Assembly: GCA_965113315.1 (NCBI GenBank)
Contig: OZ220382.1
Reading direction: 5' to 3' (one strand)
Length of the DNA: 64,000 nt
From: Podarcis vaucheri
Lineage: Eukaryota
Shown here: positions 25,800 to 38,480 of the stretch, piece after piece
Position numbering within the stretch: the stretch's first letter is position 1
How the letters are laid out: every line of letters starts with the position of its first letter
The notes under the pieces: generated by a model
Database searches by the model: none
What the model saw: only the letters and a program-made list of their open reading frames with translations
Told to the model about the DNA's origin: nothing
Made by a program: the position numbers and the translations under genes

Positions 25800-26651
25800 C
25801 TCTAGGGACTGCAATGTTTGTAATGGAGTTTAAAACTGGCCAACCATGCTGGACGGAAAAATTGCTGCTTAATAACTCCAGAGCTTCCAATACCACTAAC
25901 CTAAGAAGTATCAAAGCCTGCCTCATATTCATTGGATCCTTTTGGCTGTTTATAGTAATCAAGACATTTGTCTATCAGGATACGATTTGACTTTGTCTCA
26001 TGGGATGGTAACAGATTGAATAAAGCCATGTGCCCCAAACCTGAAATTATGCTGTATTAGGCAATGCTTTGGCACCCTCTAGTGGTGTGAAATGGCAAGG
26101 CTTGGCTTAGCTTCCCTGAAACCCGTCAAAGGCAGTCAATTTGGTAGACGCTCATTCATTTATCTGTATAATAAATCACTGGCATGGATTTCATTTTAAG
26201 CTTTGTTAATTTTTTATTTTTTATTTTTTGCACACCAGTGAAAATTAGTGAGTGATTCAACTGTCAGCCTCAATTTTGTGTTTGGAAGTTAACCAAAGGT
26301 TAGCCTGGCTAAGGATCCTGGGTAAAATTCCATGCCTGCACCTTATTTGCCATCATACTTACCCCTTGATGCCTTACCCTCTTGCTGGCAAAGCCACTGT
26401 GTGACAGGAACCTCACTGACTAAATCACCTGACAAAATGCTGGGTTGTAATAAAGATCACAAGGTAACTGGCAAACAAAAGCTGCTGAGAATCAAGTTTT
26501 GAAACCTTAAAACTCCTGCATCAAACTGGAAGTCCTGCAGAAATGCATAAAGAGACCAGTGTCTCAATGAAGCTGCTCTACCAAAACAAGAAGCCACATG
26601 CCACAGCAATTGTCCCCAACAAGGCAGTCTATTCAAGAGCACCATCTAAGA

Positions 26652-27039
26652 CAGGGCAAACTTTTTCAGCAGGGGGCCGGGCCACTGTCCATCAGACCTT
26701 GTGGGGGGCCGGACTATATTTTGAAAAAAATATATGAATGAATTCCTATGCCCCACAAATAACCCAGAGATGCATTTTAAATAAAAGGACAGATTCTGCT
26801 CATGTAAAAACACCAGGCAGGCCCCACAAATAACCCAGAGATGCATTTTAAATAAAAGGACAGATTCTGCTCATGTAAAAACACCAGGCAGGCCCCACAA
26901 ATAACCCAGAGATGCATTTTAAAAGAAAGGACACATTCTACTCATGTAAAAGCATGCTGATTCCTGGACCATCTGCGGGCCGGATTTAGAAGGCGATTGG
27001 GCCGGATCTGGCCCCCGGGCCTTAGCTTGCCTAGCCATG
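26652..27039. mobile_element. hAT MITE with internal 71-bp tandem triplication
   Basis: 8-bp TSD atctaaga; units start at 26750, 26821 and 26892. Confidence 0.9.
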
Positions 27040-27397
27040 ATCTAAGAGATAAGCTTTGTTGATGGCGTCCCATTCCACCTGTAAACATGCCCCTTCTGTG
27101 CATGCCCCTATCCCTCCCCTAATTGCTCCCTCTTATGTCACAAAGTCTTTCCCCTCAAATCTCGAACTCCTGTGAATTCCAAAATACGTATGTAAGACAG
27201 GAGCTAAGCATTGCTGTTCTGATGTGTTCCTCTGCTCCCATTACCTATCCATTCTCAAAGGAACATTGTAAACTTGCCACTGGATCAAAGGCTTGGTGGA
27301 GGGTCCATGCCTGTGATCCTGCTCTCCTAATAAAGATCAGATGTAACTTCACACATGCAGATTCTAGAGTGCTAGAAGAGGGAACATGGCACCTATA

Positions 27398-27577
27398 CAG
27401 TGGTACCTTGGGTTACAGACACTTCAGGTTACAGACTCCACTAACCCAGAAATAGTACCTCGGGTTAAGAACTTTGCTTCAGGATGAGAGGCCCCATTAG
27501 CTAAAGTGGTGCTTCACGTTAAGAACAGTTTCAGGTTAAGAACAGACCTCCAGAACGAATTAAGTTCTTAACCACTG
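27398..27577. mobile_element. Tc1/mariner MITE (internally deleted)
   Basis: TA TSD and family TIRs. Confidence 0.85.
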
Positions 27578-27819
27578 TATTTGTATTGTATCTTTCCACT
27601 GCTAGCTCCCCATTTTAACATAGGAACGATTATTTCTTCACATTTAGGAGCATGATCATTGTACAATACAGCCCATGGCTGTATATGTATATGCTGCGAT
27701 GGCTCAACCAATGGATTCTTACAAATACCTATTGTTCTTTTGAATAAATATCAGTAGTTTTGGTGTGTTGGTATGCTTTTCTAGACACAGAAGGATTTAG
27801 ATGCATACTCGGGACAACA

Positions 27820-28281
27820 AAGGTCCGTATAGTTAAAGCTATGATTTTCCCAGTAGTGATGTATGGAAGTGAGAGCTGGACCATAAAGAAGGCTGATCGC
27901 CAAAGAATTGATGCTTTTGAATTATGGTGCTGGAGGAGACTCTTGAGAGTCCCATGGACTGCAAGAAGATCAAACCTATCCATTCTTAAGGAAATCAGCC
28001 CTGAGTGCTCACTGGAAGGACAGATCCTGAAGCTGAGGCTCCAATACTTTGGCCACCTCATGAGAAGAGAAGACTCCCTGGAAAAGACCCTGATGTTGGG
28101 AAAGATGGAGGGCACAAGGAGAAGGGGACGACAGAGGCCGAGATGGTTGGATAGCGTTCTCAAAGCTATCAGCATGAGTTTGACCAAACTGCGGGAGGCA
28201 GTGGAAGACCGGAGTGCCTGGCGTGCTCTGGTCCATGGGGTCACGAAGAGTCAGACACGACTAAACGACTAAATAACAACA
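27820..28281 (+). mobile_element. RTE-BovB LINE, 5'-truncated, ORF C-terminus intact
   Basis: Translation KVRIVKAMIFPVVMYGSESWTIKKADRQRIDAFELWCWRRLLRVPWTARRSN...VHGVTKSQTRLND*; (CAA)n tail; 13-bp TSD actc(g/a)ggacaaca at 27807-27819 and 28282-28294. Confidence 0.95.
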
Positions 28282-29762
28282 ACTCAGGACAACATGCCAT
28301 ACAACACCAGTAAAAGATCCTGCCTTTCTGAAAGCATGTTTAGAGGTCTTAGGGGTCTCTCAAGCACACATGCGAACATTAGATAATTACCTCTTTAGAC
28401 TGGGGATAGTCACTAATTGCTCACAGGGAGCCTGCTGGTTTAGATCCACAAACTATTTTGAGAACAGGGTGTATTATCCCATTACAGCAATTACACAATA
28501 GATTCTTACAAATGGGTTTTTGTTGGGACTGCCTAAGAAAAGTGTCCAGAAGCTGAAATTGCTTAAGGTCATTTGCTCAGAACTTGAAGATTAGAACTTG
28601 GAGAATTGAGCACATCTCAACCAGTACTTATACTGGCTGCCAGTTTATTTCTGAGGGTTGTGAACTTAGTTAATTAAAAGGTTTCACAGCCTAATTCCTA
28701 CGCTTTCAATTTTTCTGCTAAGGATGGGACTTTGAACTCTGCTCAGCCCCACATTTTAAACAAGGTGGTAAGCCGATCTCTTTGCATGTGCAACCCATAC
28801 ACATGGGTACCTGAAGGGATAAATTGCAATCAAATATCCTTTCCTACCTATTAAAACCCATCCCACACCTTTAAGTAGGACTCATGTTGGGGACAATCCT
28901 ATATTCACAAACACACAGACTCATTAATTACCTTATTGGTTTTCTAAAAATAAAATAAAAATCAATTGCTGCATTTTGCTAAAAATACTCATTCCAGAAA
29001 CATACAAATGAATCCTGTGTAGCATAAAATTCCTTATGTTAACCATTCTTTCCCTGCCTTCGCCAAACCAAGTTTAACCATGTACATTTACAACATATCC
29101 CAAACTGTATTCACTGTATGAATACAGCCAAGCTATGGGTGTTGTACATTTTCCCCTAGTTGCATGCCATATCTGTTCCTGCTGTAGCACTTAAAGTGGA
29201 CAGTAGTTCCAATTTTGAATTTGGTGTTATATCTGGGGATTGTTCTCAGTGGCATTAACTAGTAAAAATGCATGATGTAAATTCATCTGATTCAGTTTGA
29301 AATTCCTTTGTTTCTGCGTAGGACCCACACTGCAGAAAGGAATCCCACGGACAACAGGTGTCCCTTGGCCTAGCTGCACTGAAAAGATTGAGTCCAACTC
29401 TCATCAACATGGTCCATGGTGATGGGGATTTAGTCCAGCAATACCTGGAGGGCTGGAGCAACCTCACCACGGGCCTAAAGGCAGCTGAGTTCTTTCAAAA
29501 TCTACCATGGGAAGGATAATTTATCCTAAAAGGCAGGTAAAAAACCCATCCAATATTTTATTCATTCACTGCTGTTATTCTAAAATGTGTGTGTTGTTTT
29601 GTGTGTTTTTTAAAAAATGTAACCTTATTATATTGTTTTACTATTTTAAAGCACCTTGGGAGGATAATTCCTTCTGAAAGGCAACACATTCAATAGACAA
29701 CAAAGAAAAATTCTGTCCTATTAATGTCAAGCTGACCTCCAGCATTCTGACTAGTATATGTA

Positions 29763-30568
29763 CCGTATTTTTCGCCCTATAAGACGCACTTTTCCCCCTT
29801 CAAAAATGAAGGGGAAATGTGTGTGCGTCTTATGGTGTGAATGCAGGCTTTCGCTGAAGCCTGGAGAGTGAGGGGGGTCGGTGCGCACCGACCCCTCTCG
29901 CTCTCCAGGCTTCAGGAAGCTATCCGCTAGCTGTGGGAGACCCAGCTCTCCCAGGGCTAGCGGAGAGCTTGCCTGCACCCAGAAGCTTGGGGTGCGCTGA
30001 GCTCTGCACGCCCCAAGCTTCGGGATTGGTGCAGCGCTCTGCTAGCCCTGGGAGAGCCGTGCGGCTCTCCCACGGCTAGCGGAGACCTTGCTGGCAACCA
30101 GAAGCTTGGGGTGCGCTGAGCTCCGCATGCCCCAAGCTTCAGGATTAGTGCAGTGCTCCGCTAGCCAGCACCCAGAGGCTTGGGGCACGCTGAACTCCAC
30201 ACACCCCAAGCTTCGGGATTAGCGCAGCGCTCCGCTAGCCCTGGGAGAGCCGCGTGGCTCTCCCAGGGCTAGCGGACTGCTTGCCGGCACCCAGAAGCTT
30301 GGGGCGCGCTGAGCTCCACACGCCCCAAGCTTCGGGATTAGCGCAGTGCTCCGCTAGCCCTGGGAGAGCCGCGCGGCTCTCCCAGGGCTAGCGGAGAGCT
30401 CGCCGACACCCAGAAGCTTGGGGCGCGCTGAGCTCCACACGCCCCAAGCTTCGGGATTAGCGCAGCACACCTGGGGGGGGGGGAAATAAAAAATTTTTTC
30501 CTTTATTTCCCCCCAAAAAACTAGGTGTGTCCTATGGGCCGGTACGTCCTATGGGGCAAAAAATACGG
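29763..30568. mobile_element. Tc2/pogo-group non-autonomous DNA transposon containing a 119-bp palindromic minisatellite
   Basis: Ends TA|ccgtatttttcgccctataagacg ... cgtcctatggggcaaaaaatacgg|TA; internal units start at 29979, 30098, 30172, 30291 and 30410. Confidence 0.88.
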
Positions 30569-30762
30569 TACATCCTTGCTCAAGCACAGACTTCACCCTC
30601 CTTCTTTCAGAGTGAAATCAAGCTCACCCTCTGATTTGCTGATGAGAGCTTGTTTAACTGAGCAGCCAGGACTGGTGTGAGGTCTGTGCCTCTGGCCCAG
30701 CTTGTAAACGGGTGCCCTTGATAGGCCACACTGCTGAGGCCAGGTGTGACCACCTTGCAGTT

Positions 30763-30963
30763 CCAGAGCTGGCCCAATACATTTTGGCACCTGAGGTGAA
30801 CCACAAAATGGCACTCACCCTCCCTGCCAGGGAAGAAGGGGCGAGGGAAGATCTATATCAGAAATGGGGTGGGGGATAAGAATCTACATCAAGATCTGCT
30901 GCCCCTGTGGATTCTACTGCCTGAGCGGGGCAGGGGGTGGGTCGCCTCATGGGTGGACTGGCC
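30763..30963. mobile_element. hAT-like MITE (relative at about 39248-39425)
   Basis: Both copies start with gctggcccaatacattttggcacctgag. Confidence 0.6.
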
Positions 30964-31449
30964 AAATGTAGGTCAAAGGCTGTGAACTCTTGCAAAGAAG
31001 TTGGCTAGCCTTTCATGTGCTTGTTTGGAATTAGCTGCCAAGTTGCCTCTTAGAATCTCACACCAGCAGGAAGGCAAATACCACAGTGAGAAGCTTTTAG
31101 CACCAAGGTCACCCTTCCAATACAAATACTGAAATTGACAGATTGCTTTCTGAAGTGCTAGCATTAAATGATCTCCTTACATGCTGCAGCATCTGCATAA
31201 GGATTCCCACCTATTTTGTAGCAGCTGTTAAAACTCTACCCCAGTAATGATTTTGCTGGGTAGCCTTGCAGAGATTTGGCTTTAGAGTAAATTTATACTC
31301 CAGACTGAAACTGGTTCAATTGACCAAGAATTCCCAATTTGTTCTACTGCACCCTAGGCACTTTAAGGTTCCCAGGCAAACTCATAACAGCTTAGTGAAA
31401 TCAAAGGTGCTTTATCAAGTACCTGCAGGTGCTGCTCTGGGCTGGTCAT

Positions 31450-31680
31450 AGTGGGAAATTAAAGAGTTCATGGAAAATAATCTTGGAGTGAATGTCTTGG
31501 ACATAGTAGAATTTGAGTTGCTTATCCACTATCCCAAGAATCAGGAAAACAGTTGGACAGAAAGGATCTGATGGTGGCTTGGGGTAGAAATATATAGCTG
31601 GGTTGTCTTCTGCATATAACTGACAGTGAAAGTCCTTTTGATTTGATAAAGTCATATCAATGCTCTGTGCAAACAATGAA
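31450..31680 (-). mobile_element. Ancient L2-like reverse transcriptase fragment
   Basis: Translation DFHCQLYAEDNPAIYF resembles the L2 RT YADDTQLY motif. Confidence 0.5.
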
Positions 31681-31899
31681 CAGTCTTTATTGAGGATACT
31701 TGGATGTTTGTGCTAAATATCCATGAGTGGAAAGGCAGCATAGGCTTTTGCAAAGGGCATCATCATATAGTCTGGGTTCCAGTCCTCAGTCTGTTTTTTC
31801 CAACCTGTTTTTTTCCACGGGGGAACACTCTTTCTCTGTTTTCCTCATATTTGTGGGGCTCTCAAGGATTCATCTGTAGTCTTCTGCTATTCTTTGTCT

Positions 31900-32450
31900 G
31901 TACCCTGATCTTGCAAGGAGTGGTCAAATCTCATGCCTTTTAGTGGGAGCTGACAGCACCCAACTCTACCTCTCTGTGATTACAGTGGTACCTCGGGTTA
32001 AGTACTTAATTTGTTCTGGAGGTCCGTTCTTAACCTGAAAATGTTCTTAACCTGAAGCACCACTTTAGCTAATGGGGCCTCCTCCTGCTGCCGCACCGCT
32101 GGAGCACAATTTCTGTTCTCATCCTGAAGCAAAGTTCTGAACCTGAGGTACTATTTCTGGGTTAGCGGAGTCTGTAACCTGAAGCGTATGTAATCTGATG
32201 CGTATGTAACCCGAGATACTACTGTATAGCTAATGTCCTCCATCCAATCCTGCATGTCCAACTGATTGTCTGATATCTCGACTTGGATATTTTATCACTG
32301 TATCTTCATATTCTCTCAATATTACGATTCACCATGTTCTTCAGGCATGAAGCTATTGGCTTCATCATTCTCTCTCTCTCCTTTGCTCCCCATACTGAAT
32401 CTGTTGTAAAACCTTGCTGCTTTGTACAGTATTGCAAAACATGACCTTTC
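31900..32450 (+). mobile_element. Ancient L2 fragment split by a mariner MITE
   Basis: ADSTQLYLS before the MITE and LSDISTW after it, both L2 RT-like motifs. Confidence 0.55.
31983..32224. mobile_element. Tc1/mariner MITE
   Basis: TA TSD and family TIRs. Confidence 0.9.
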
Positions 32451-32458
32451 CCTTTCCC

Positions 32459-32620
32459 TAGAATCATAGAATCATAGAATCATAGAGTTGGAAGAGACCA
32501 CAAGGGCCATCAAGTCCAACCCCCTGCCAAGCAGGAAACACCATCAGAGCACTCCTGACATATGGTTGTCAAGCCTCTGCTTAAAGACCTCCAAAGTAGG
32601 AGACTCCACCACACTCCTCT
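32459..32620 (-). mobile_element. CR1 3' end with (ATTCTATG)n tail
   Basis: agaatcat repeats followed by gttggaagagaccacaagggccatc; similar stubs at about 35220, 39063 and 47785. Confidence 0.8.
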
Positions 32621-33062
32621 GTTCCATGTTCTCATCTTCTTTTGCTTTGACTATTGCAACTTTCTCATCTCTGGCCTTAACTGTGACAACTCCATCTTTG
32701 CCATCATTATCATAATTCAGACACCAAAACTGTTGACCATTTGTTAAGCACCCTTAAGTATACAAAACTTTGGGAGGTTTGCAGAAATATACAAATACAA
32801 ATTTATGCAAAAGTTTACCAGTGAAATACCAGAAATACCAGTCATAAAAACTATTGTATTGACAACCTACTTGAAATCAGTGCAGCAACTAAAATATTAA
32901 AATACCTAACCAATGGCTGTGCTCTGCAGCAGAGGGTCTCCTTTAGATATCATCTAATCCTGAGCCCTGTTCTGTACAATGTTTGAAGTGCTCCTTTCAT
33001 GTGGTGGCATCTGCCCTTAGGAACTGCCCCCCCCCAATTACATATCAGACCAGTGCCATCTC

Positions 33063-33063
<1 letters not shown>

Positions 33064-33114
<51 letters not shown>

Positions 33115-33115
33115 G
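33064..33115. repeat. (GTT)n microsatellite
   Basis: Visible directly. Confidence 0.95.
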
Positions 33116-35529
33116 CAGTGCCTATTGAAGGTCTTCCTTTTTCAACAAGGCTTTAAAGTGGAGATTATTACTTTAATTTAGTAGTTGTTGTGTTGCATTG
33201 GTGCAAATATTTAATGTACCAGGTATATGTGCCCATTCTGGTTAAACTGGCTTGGAGAACAAAAAGCACCTAAAAAGCCCTCGCATAGACATCGGGTGAA
33301 CTTTTCTAGGAAGTGCATTCTATAAATGAGCACCATCACTGAAAAGGCCCTTTTCCTGGTAGCCATCAACCTCACTTCCTTAGGCAGTAGAACCTGGAGA
33401 TGAACTTCTGCTTCTGTGCTCCACCCCCAAACTCCTACGCTCACTAGTGATATGCTGAAACACACTCTTCAATTATTCTAAAGTTTTATTTCTCTGAAAA
33501 GAGGCTTCCTTCCACCTTCCTCATTCTCAGGGTACTTTAGAATTCTTCCAAAACCTTGGTGGGTGTATCATTGTGAATTGCGTATCATTGTGAATTGGCT
33601 GTGGGTGGTGGGTGTTCCCCACCCTTTCCATTAAACATTTATCCAGCACTATGCAGCCTCTCCAGCTCCCTAATCTAAAAAAGGCCCATTGGGAAGAGTT
33701 ACAACATGAGGTCTCCTGTGGGTTTTAGTGGAAGCTGGGAAAGTTAACTATCATCATCATCCACTGATTTTTCTTTTAAAAAAAGAAAAGAACTAAAAAT
33801 TCTTCACTTAAAGAAATAATGATGAACAGCTGTCATGGTAGGCAACCTTCCTGGTTCCCCATGCATACAGGAAAGCCCAGTTGAAGATGTCTTCGGGTTT
33901 CAGAAAGTGTGGGCACTTGGAGAGGATGATGATTTGTGGGCAGAAGGACACTCAAAATCCACCCTTGGCCATCTCAACCACAAGGAAAGCCTGAAAAAAA
34001 ATTCTGTATGCCAACCACAATGTTTTCTCTTTCTTCTGCTAATTACTGAATGAAGGTTCTTTTCTCATTAACTGATAGAGGATAAGAAAAACAGAGCAAG
34101 ATGCAGGAGAAATTTTCAGCAGCGAGCACACCAAGACTGATTGCCCTTGGATTTGGCACAAACTATTTGAGCTTACCTTCAAAGTACCTGCAATGAATGA
34201 CCTTATCTCAGTGCCAGGTCCACAATTTGATGGGTCCTTGGCATGGGGCTGACAATGAACTCCACTCCCCCACTGATTATCCCTCGACCAGGATGGGTAT
34301 AGCTCTGCCTGCAACATACGTCTATGGAATCAATGCATTTCATAGATGTATAGGGCAGGGCATTATATTTTGGGTAACTTAAGATGGCAGGCAGGCACCA
34401 TAGACAGTGAATGGCAACATAGCTGGGCTCTGGTGGGCTAGTGAGGGGTCCTTTCAAGATTCTGGGTGCCCTTGACCAATGCTCCATTTGACCAATAGCT
34501 GATGACAGGCCTGCTTTATCTCTGCACTCTCATATCCTAATACCAGAGATGGGGGAGAAATTTGTTCTGTTTGCAAATCTACCTAATTCACACTTTTTGA
34601 AACTATACAATACATGAACCGAAAAACAACCGTTCTTGAAAATTCACATTTCCCTGAATCGTGTATTGCAGTTCTGCAGCCAAGCAGTGTGTACAAAATT
34701 GAATAAACCATAAAATGTATAAAGTAATAAAAAATTGCATTATATTGGGAAGATTGTGAAAATGAATATATTAGATGAAATTGCATGTTAAAAGAAATCC
34801 ACATTAAAATGATGATGAATTTTCCGGAGGTCTTTTTACACCCACCCACCCCTTTTTTTTTGCAAACTGATGTGGAAATGTAGAGGATTGAAATTAAGAT
34901 TGGAAAAATATGAAACTGAGAGGAAGTGAGGCTGACATTCATCCATCCCTATTTACCAGTAATGGGACAAAGATCACAGTCTCTGAGCTTCATATTTTTT
35001 CTTAATTAGTTTTTATTAAAGATTTTCTTGTTTTATTACAAATAAACATGGAAAGGTATGCTTGATATTAAAGGCCTGGACATAGTCATATGGATATAAG
35101 TGATCCTTTAAACATTAATATCAGTGTTCTATACTGAGCACAGAAATGAAATAATAAATAGCCAATTAACTGGTACAGAATCAGTGTAATATGGGCTGGC
35201 CATTTTGCCACTACCAGATCATAGAATCATAGAGTTGGAAGAGACCCAGAGGATTATTTAGTCCAACCCCCATGCAAAGCAGGAATATGCAACGCCATAT
35301 GGGGATCAAACCTGCCACCTTGGTGTTATCTGCACCACGCTCTAACCAAGTGAGCTATCCAGACTAGTAACCTTGCAATTCCTAATTGTTTGGCAGTCTT
35401 AATACAGCATGGCTATGGTCTGAGTGGGCAGCTGGAAAATGATAGGAAGTCTAAATAAATGATCGTTTTAGTTATATAAGCCTTCCTTGGGCAAAGAAGC
35501 AAAGAAACACCAAGCGAGTCAGACAGCAC

Positions 35530-36030
35530 CATAATCATCCATCATCTTTCTCATCCTAGACTGCAGGTAATGTCTTGTATATGGGATTGCTTTTGAAGAT
35601 GGTTCAGGTACTTGAACTGGTGAAGAACATGGCTGCCTCAATCCTGGTTGGGGCCAGGTGGTCAAAACAAGCAACGCAAATCCTAAACTAGTACAGTGGT
35701 ACCTCTGGTTACGTACTTAATTCGTTCCGGAGGTCTGTTCTTAACCTGAAACTGTTCTTAACATGAAGCACCACTTTAGCTAATGGGGCCTCCCGCTGCC
35801 ACCGCGCCACTGGAGCCCGATTTCTGTTCTCATCCTGAAGCAAAGTTCTTAACCCGAGGTACTATTTCTGGGTTAGCAGAGTCTGTAACCTGAAGCGTAT
35901 GTAACCTGAGGTACCACTGTAGTAAGTTTATCATGCAAGCCAGGGCATTTCTGGGCCTAAGTCAAAGTGCTGGTTTTCTGCTGTAAAGCCCTAAGGTTTT
36001 GGATCAGGTTATCTGAAGGAATGCCTGCAC
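35530..36030 (+). mobile_element. Degenerate L2 fragment split by a mariner MITE
   Basis: Remnants LYMGLLLKMVQVLELVKNMAA and KVLVFCCKAL resemble the L2 ORF2 C-terminus. Confidence 0.55.
35694..35919. mobile_element. Tc1/mariner MITE
   Basis: TA TSD and cagtggtacctc TIRs. Confidence 0.9.
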
Positions 36031-36729
36031 CCATCCAGGGATGGAATAATCTGTCAATTTTGGTTTCCCAAAGTTGTTATTCATGATTTCGCCTAATACA
36101 ATGTATTTCTGTATGTTACTTCATGCATCTCTGTACAAATTATTTTGGCTGGTGGCCTGCATCGCAAAAGCCAAAGAAATGCAGATGTTGAAGGATAGCT
36201 GGAATACAGCTCCAACCATCCCTTACCAGGAGCCATGCTGGCTAGAGCTGATTGAAGTGGTGCTCAAGCAACATCTGGAATGCCAAAGGCTTTACACCTC
36301 TGCCGCAAAACAAGTTAAAGCAATTACATTGTGTGGATTTAATGGAATGCATTTTGCTGCTTTAGGAACATGTGAAGTAAATGATCAGTGCTTAAAAATA
36401 TTGCGAAGTTGTTGTCTGGATTTTCTTGTTTCAAACATTTTGTGTGTGTTTCATGATTATGTAAGCTATCTTGTAAGGGAAATGCCCTAGAGGGCACCCT
36501 GTAAACAAACAAATCACCAAACAAGGCCTCCTAATTCCCTTTCCCCTTGCAGAGCTGCAATTCCCAGTCCATTTGGGAATTGTTGCTCTGTGAGGGAACA
36601 ATAGGGGTCTCTTAGCAGCTCTCAGCACCCTGAACAAACTACAGTTCCCAGGATTCCTTGGGGGAGCCATGGACGTTTAAAATGACATGACACTGTTTTT
36701 AATGTGCAGTGCTGCTGGGCCCCACCTGC

Positions 36730-36845
36730 AGCAATTCTCCAGGGTTTCTGCATGAGTCCTTCCAAGACCTACCTGGAGAAACCAGGGACTGAACCTGGGA
36801 CCGTTTTGCATGCAAATACGATGCTCCACAACTGAGTTACAGCAC
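36730..36845 (-). mobile_element. Old tRNA-derived SINE (Squam3-like)
   Basis: The reverse complement has A/B-box-like gctgtaactcagttgtggagca...ggtcccaggttcagtccc; relatives at about 49870 and 55300. Confidence 0.6.
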
Positions 36846-37084
36846 GTGTAATAGGGAGATGCCAAAGAAAACCCTTTGCATCTGCCATATAAGGGCCTCT
36901 GCACATTTCACCTCAAAGGTATAATGTTTCATTTGTACACACAGCCCCCAGCTCAGAATGTGTGAATGTGACAATGGCATCCTTCCAAACCCTCATCTTG
37001 GTGCAACGTCCTGCTGTGTGTACACTCATGGGCAAACATGGGTTTGCTGCTGAGTAATTTGTGAAACAGCCCTGAAGCGTTGTT

Positions 37085-38480
37085 GCTGCGTTTGCATTTT
37101 TTTAAATTATTTTTTAGTTAGTCAAGACATCTATTTAAATCCAGCAAGAAGGCATCTAAACGCTGGAAGAAAAGCTTCTGGATAATGTTGGCGAGAGAAA
37201 CACCACCCCAACGAAAGAGGTGGGTTCTCTTCCAGAAACACTTCTTCAGATACATCCAAGCACGAATAAAATGAGCCTTCTTTAGTATCTAAAGCAATCC
37301 AGGCAAGCAAAGCAACTAGGATTCGGTAAGGTTTTACACAGAACGGCGATGACGACGACAGCAAAACCCCGACATGCTTTTTTTTCTGGGTAAGCTGAAT
37401 GGAACTGAACAGCATTGGCGATGTGCGTCGTCAGTTTCCAGAATGGAGAGAGAGAGAGAGGAACGGCGAATCTAAATGTGTTACTTAAGACTGGAAGATT
37501 TCAGAGGATGAAAATGGAGACTGGGACTGCCAGGGGCTGCCAGTGCCTGCCATGCCGACAAATCTGATCTGGAAATGATGGATGCAAACGGGGTGGGTGG
37601 GTAGGTGGGAAGAACCGCATTCAGTAAGCTCCATCAAACTGCCATGCAAAACTAGCCAAAAGTGCTCATGTCCTTACCGTGCTGTGGCTGGCAGGCAATC
37701 CGTGTCTGGGAGCCTTCGGTCCCGCTAACTAGGCTCTGGGGGTTTTGTTTGCAAGAGAGATTGTCCTTTATGGGATCGGAGCAAGAAAATGGAGATATAA
37801 AGAGAAATGAACACAACGTGCAAGGCAAATAGCTGCAGTTCTTTAACATGCTTCCTGCGTTATTGTTAAGCTGCATCCGCAGTCGAGGAGGCTACGTTCC
37901 CCAAAATAGGACAGGCTGCTGTCAGTGGCTTGCTTGAAACCTGAGCAAGAATTTGCGGAACGGTGGAGAATCTGGGTTGCTGGAGTGTACGACCACAGCA
38001 AGAAATTGCTGGCAGTAGGGAGCAAGGATGCTCAGAAAGGGAGTGAAATTGCGAATTCGCCACTGACAGGACATGAGCCGGCCTGTGCTTCCACCCTCGT
38101 CTTAACCCTTAAGAGCCCAGCCTAAAAGGAGGAGGCGAACGCGCTCGAAGAACCACTATACTTGCCCTCATCATCCTTCTCTTTTTGGGTTGGGTGACGC
38201 GCTGAATTACGGCAGCGTCCCTGCTTCTGAGAATTCACATGCTCCAGCGTCCTGACATTATGCAGAGGTCTGCACATTTTTAACCCATCAGTAGCAGGGC
38301 TTCCTTTTCTACTGGCTGCTTCTCCCTTGGCCTCTGGGCAGCTGGATAACGAAAAGACACTCTGATGCTGAGTCTGAAAAAAGTCTGCAGGGGCGAGGTA
38401 TCAAGTTTCCCCGTCGCTAGCGTTACTGAGGATATGGGATGGTCCAAACGAAAATAGATTGCATAAAAGAATCGATTCTT
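37085..38480. promoter_or_regulatory. Orphan CpG-enriched region (candidate non-methylated island or distal promoter/enhancer)
   Basis: About 50 CpGs counted by eye in ~1.4 kb of moderate GC content, against strong CpG depletion in the flanks; no recognisable TE termini or ORF. Confidence 0.5.

Noticed and set aside
29979-30470. CRISPR-like array
   Set aside because: The units are fully repeated with no unique spacers, there are no cas genes, the context is eukaryotic, and the array is bounded by transposon TIRs.
37131-38125. Short ORFs in the CpG-rich region as a gene or endogenous virus
   Set aside because: The frames I translated are short and resemble nothing I recognise.
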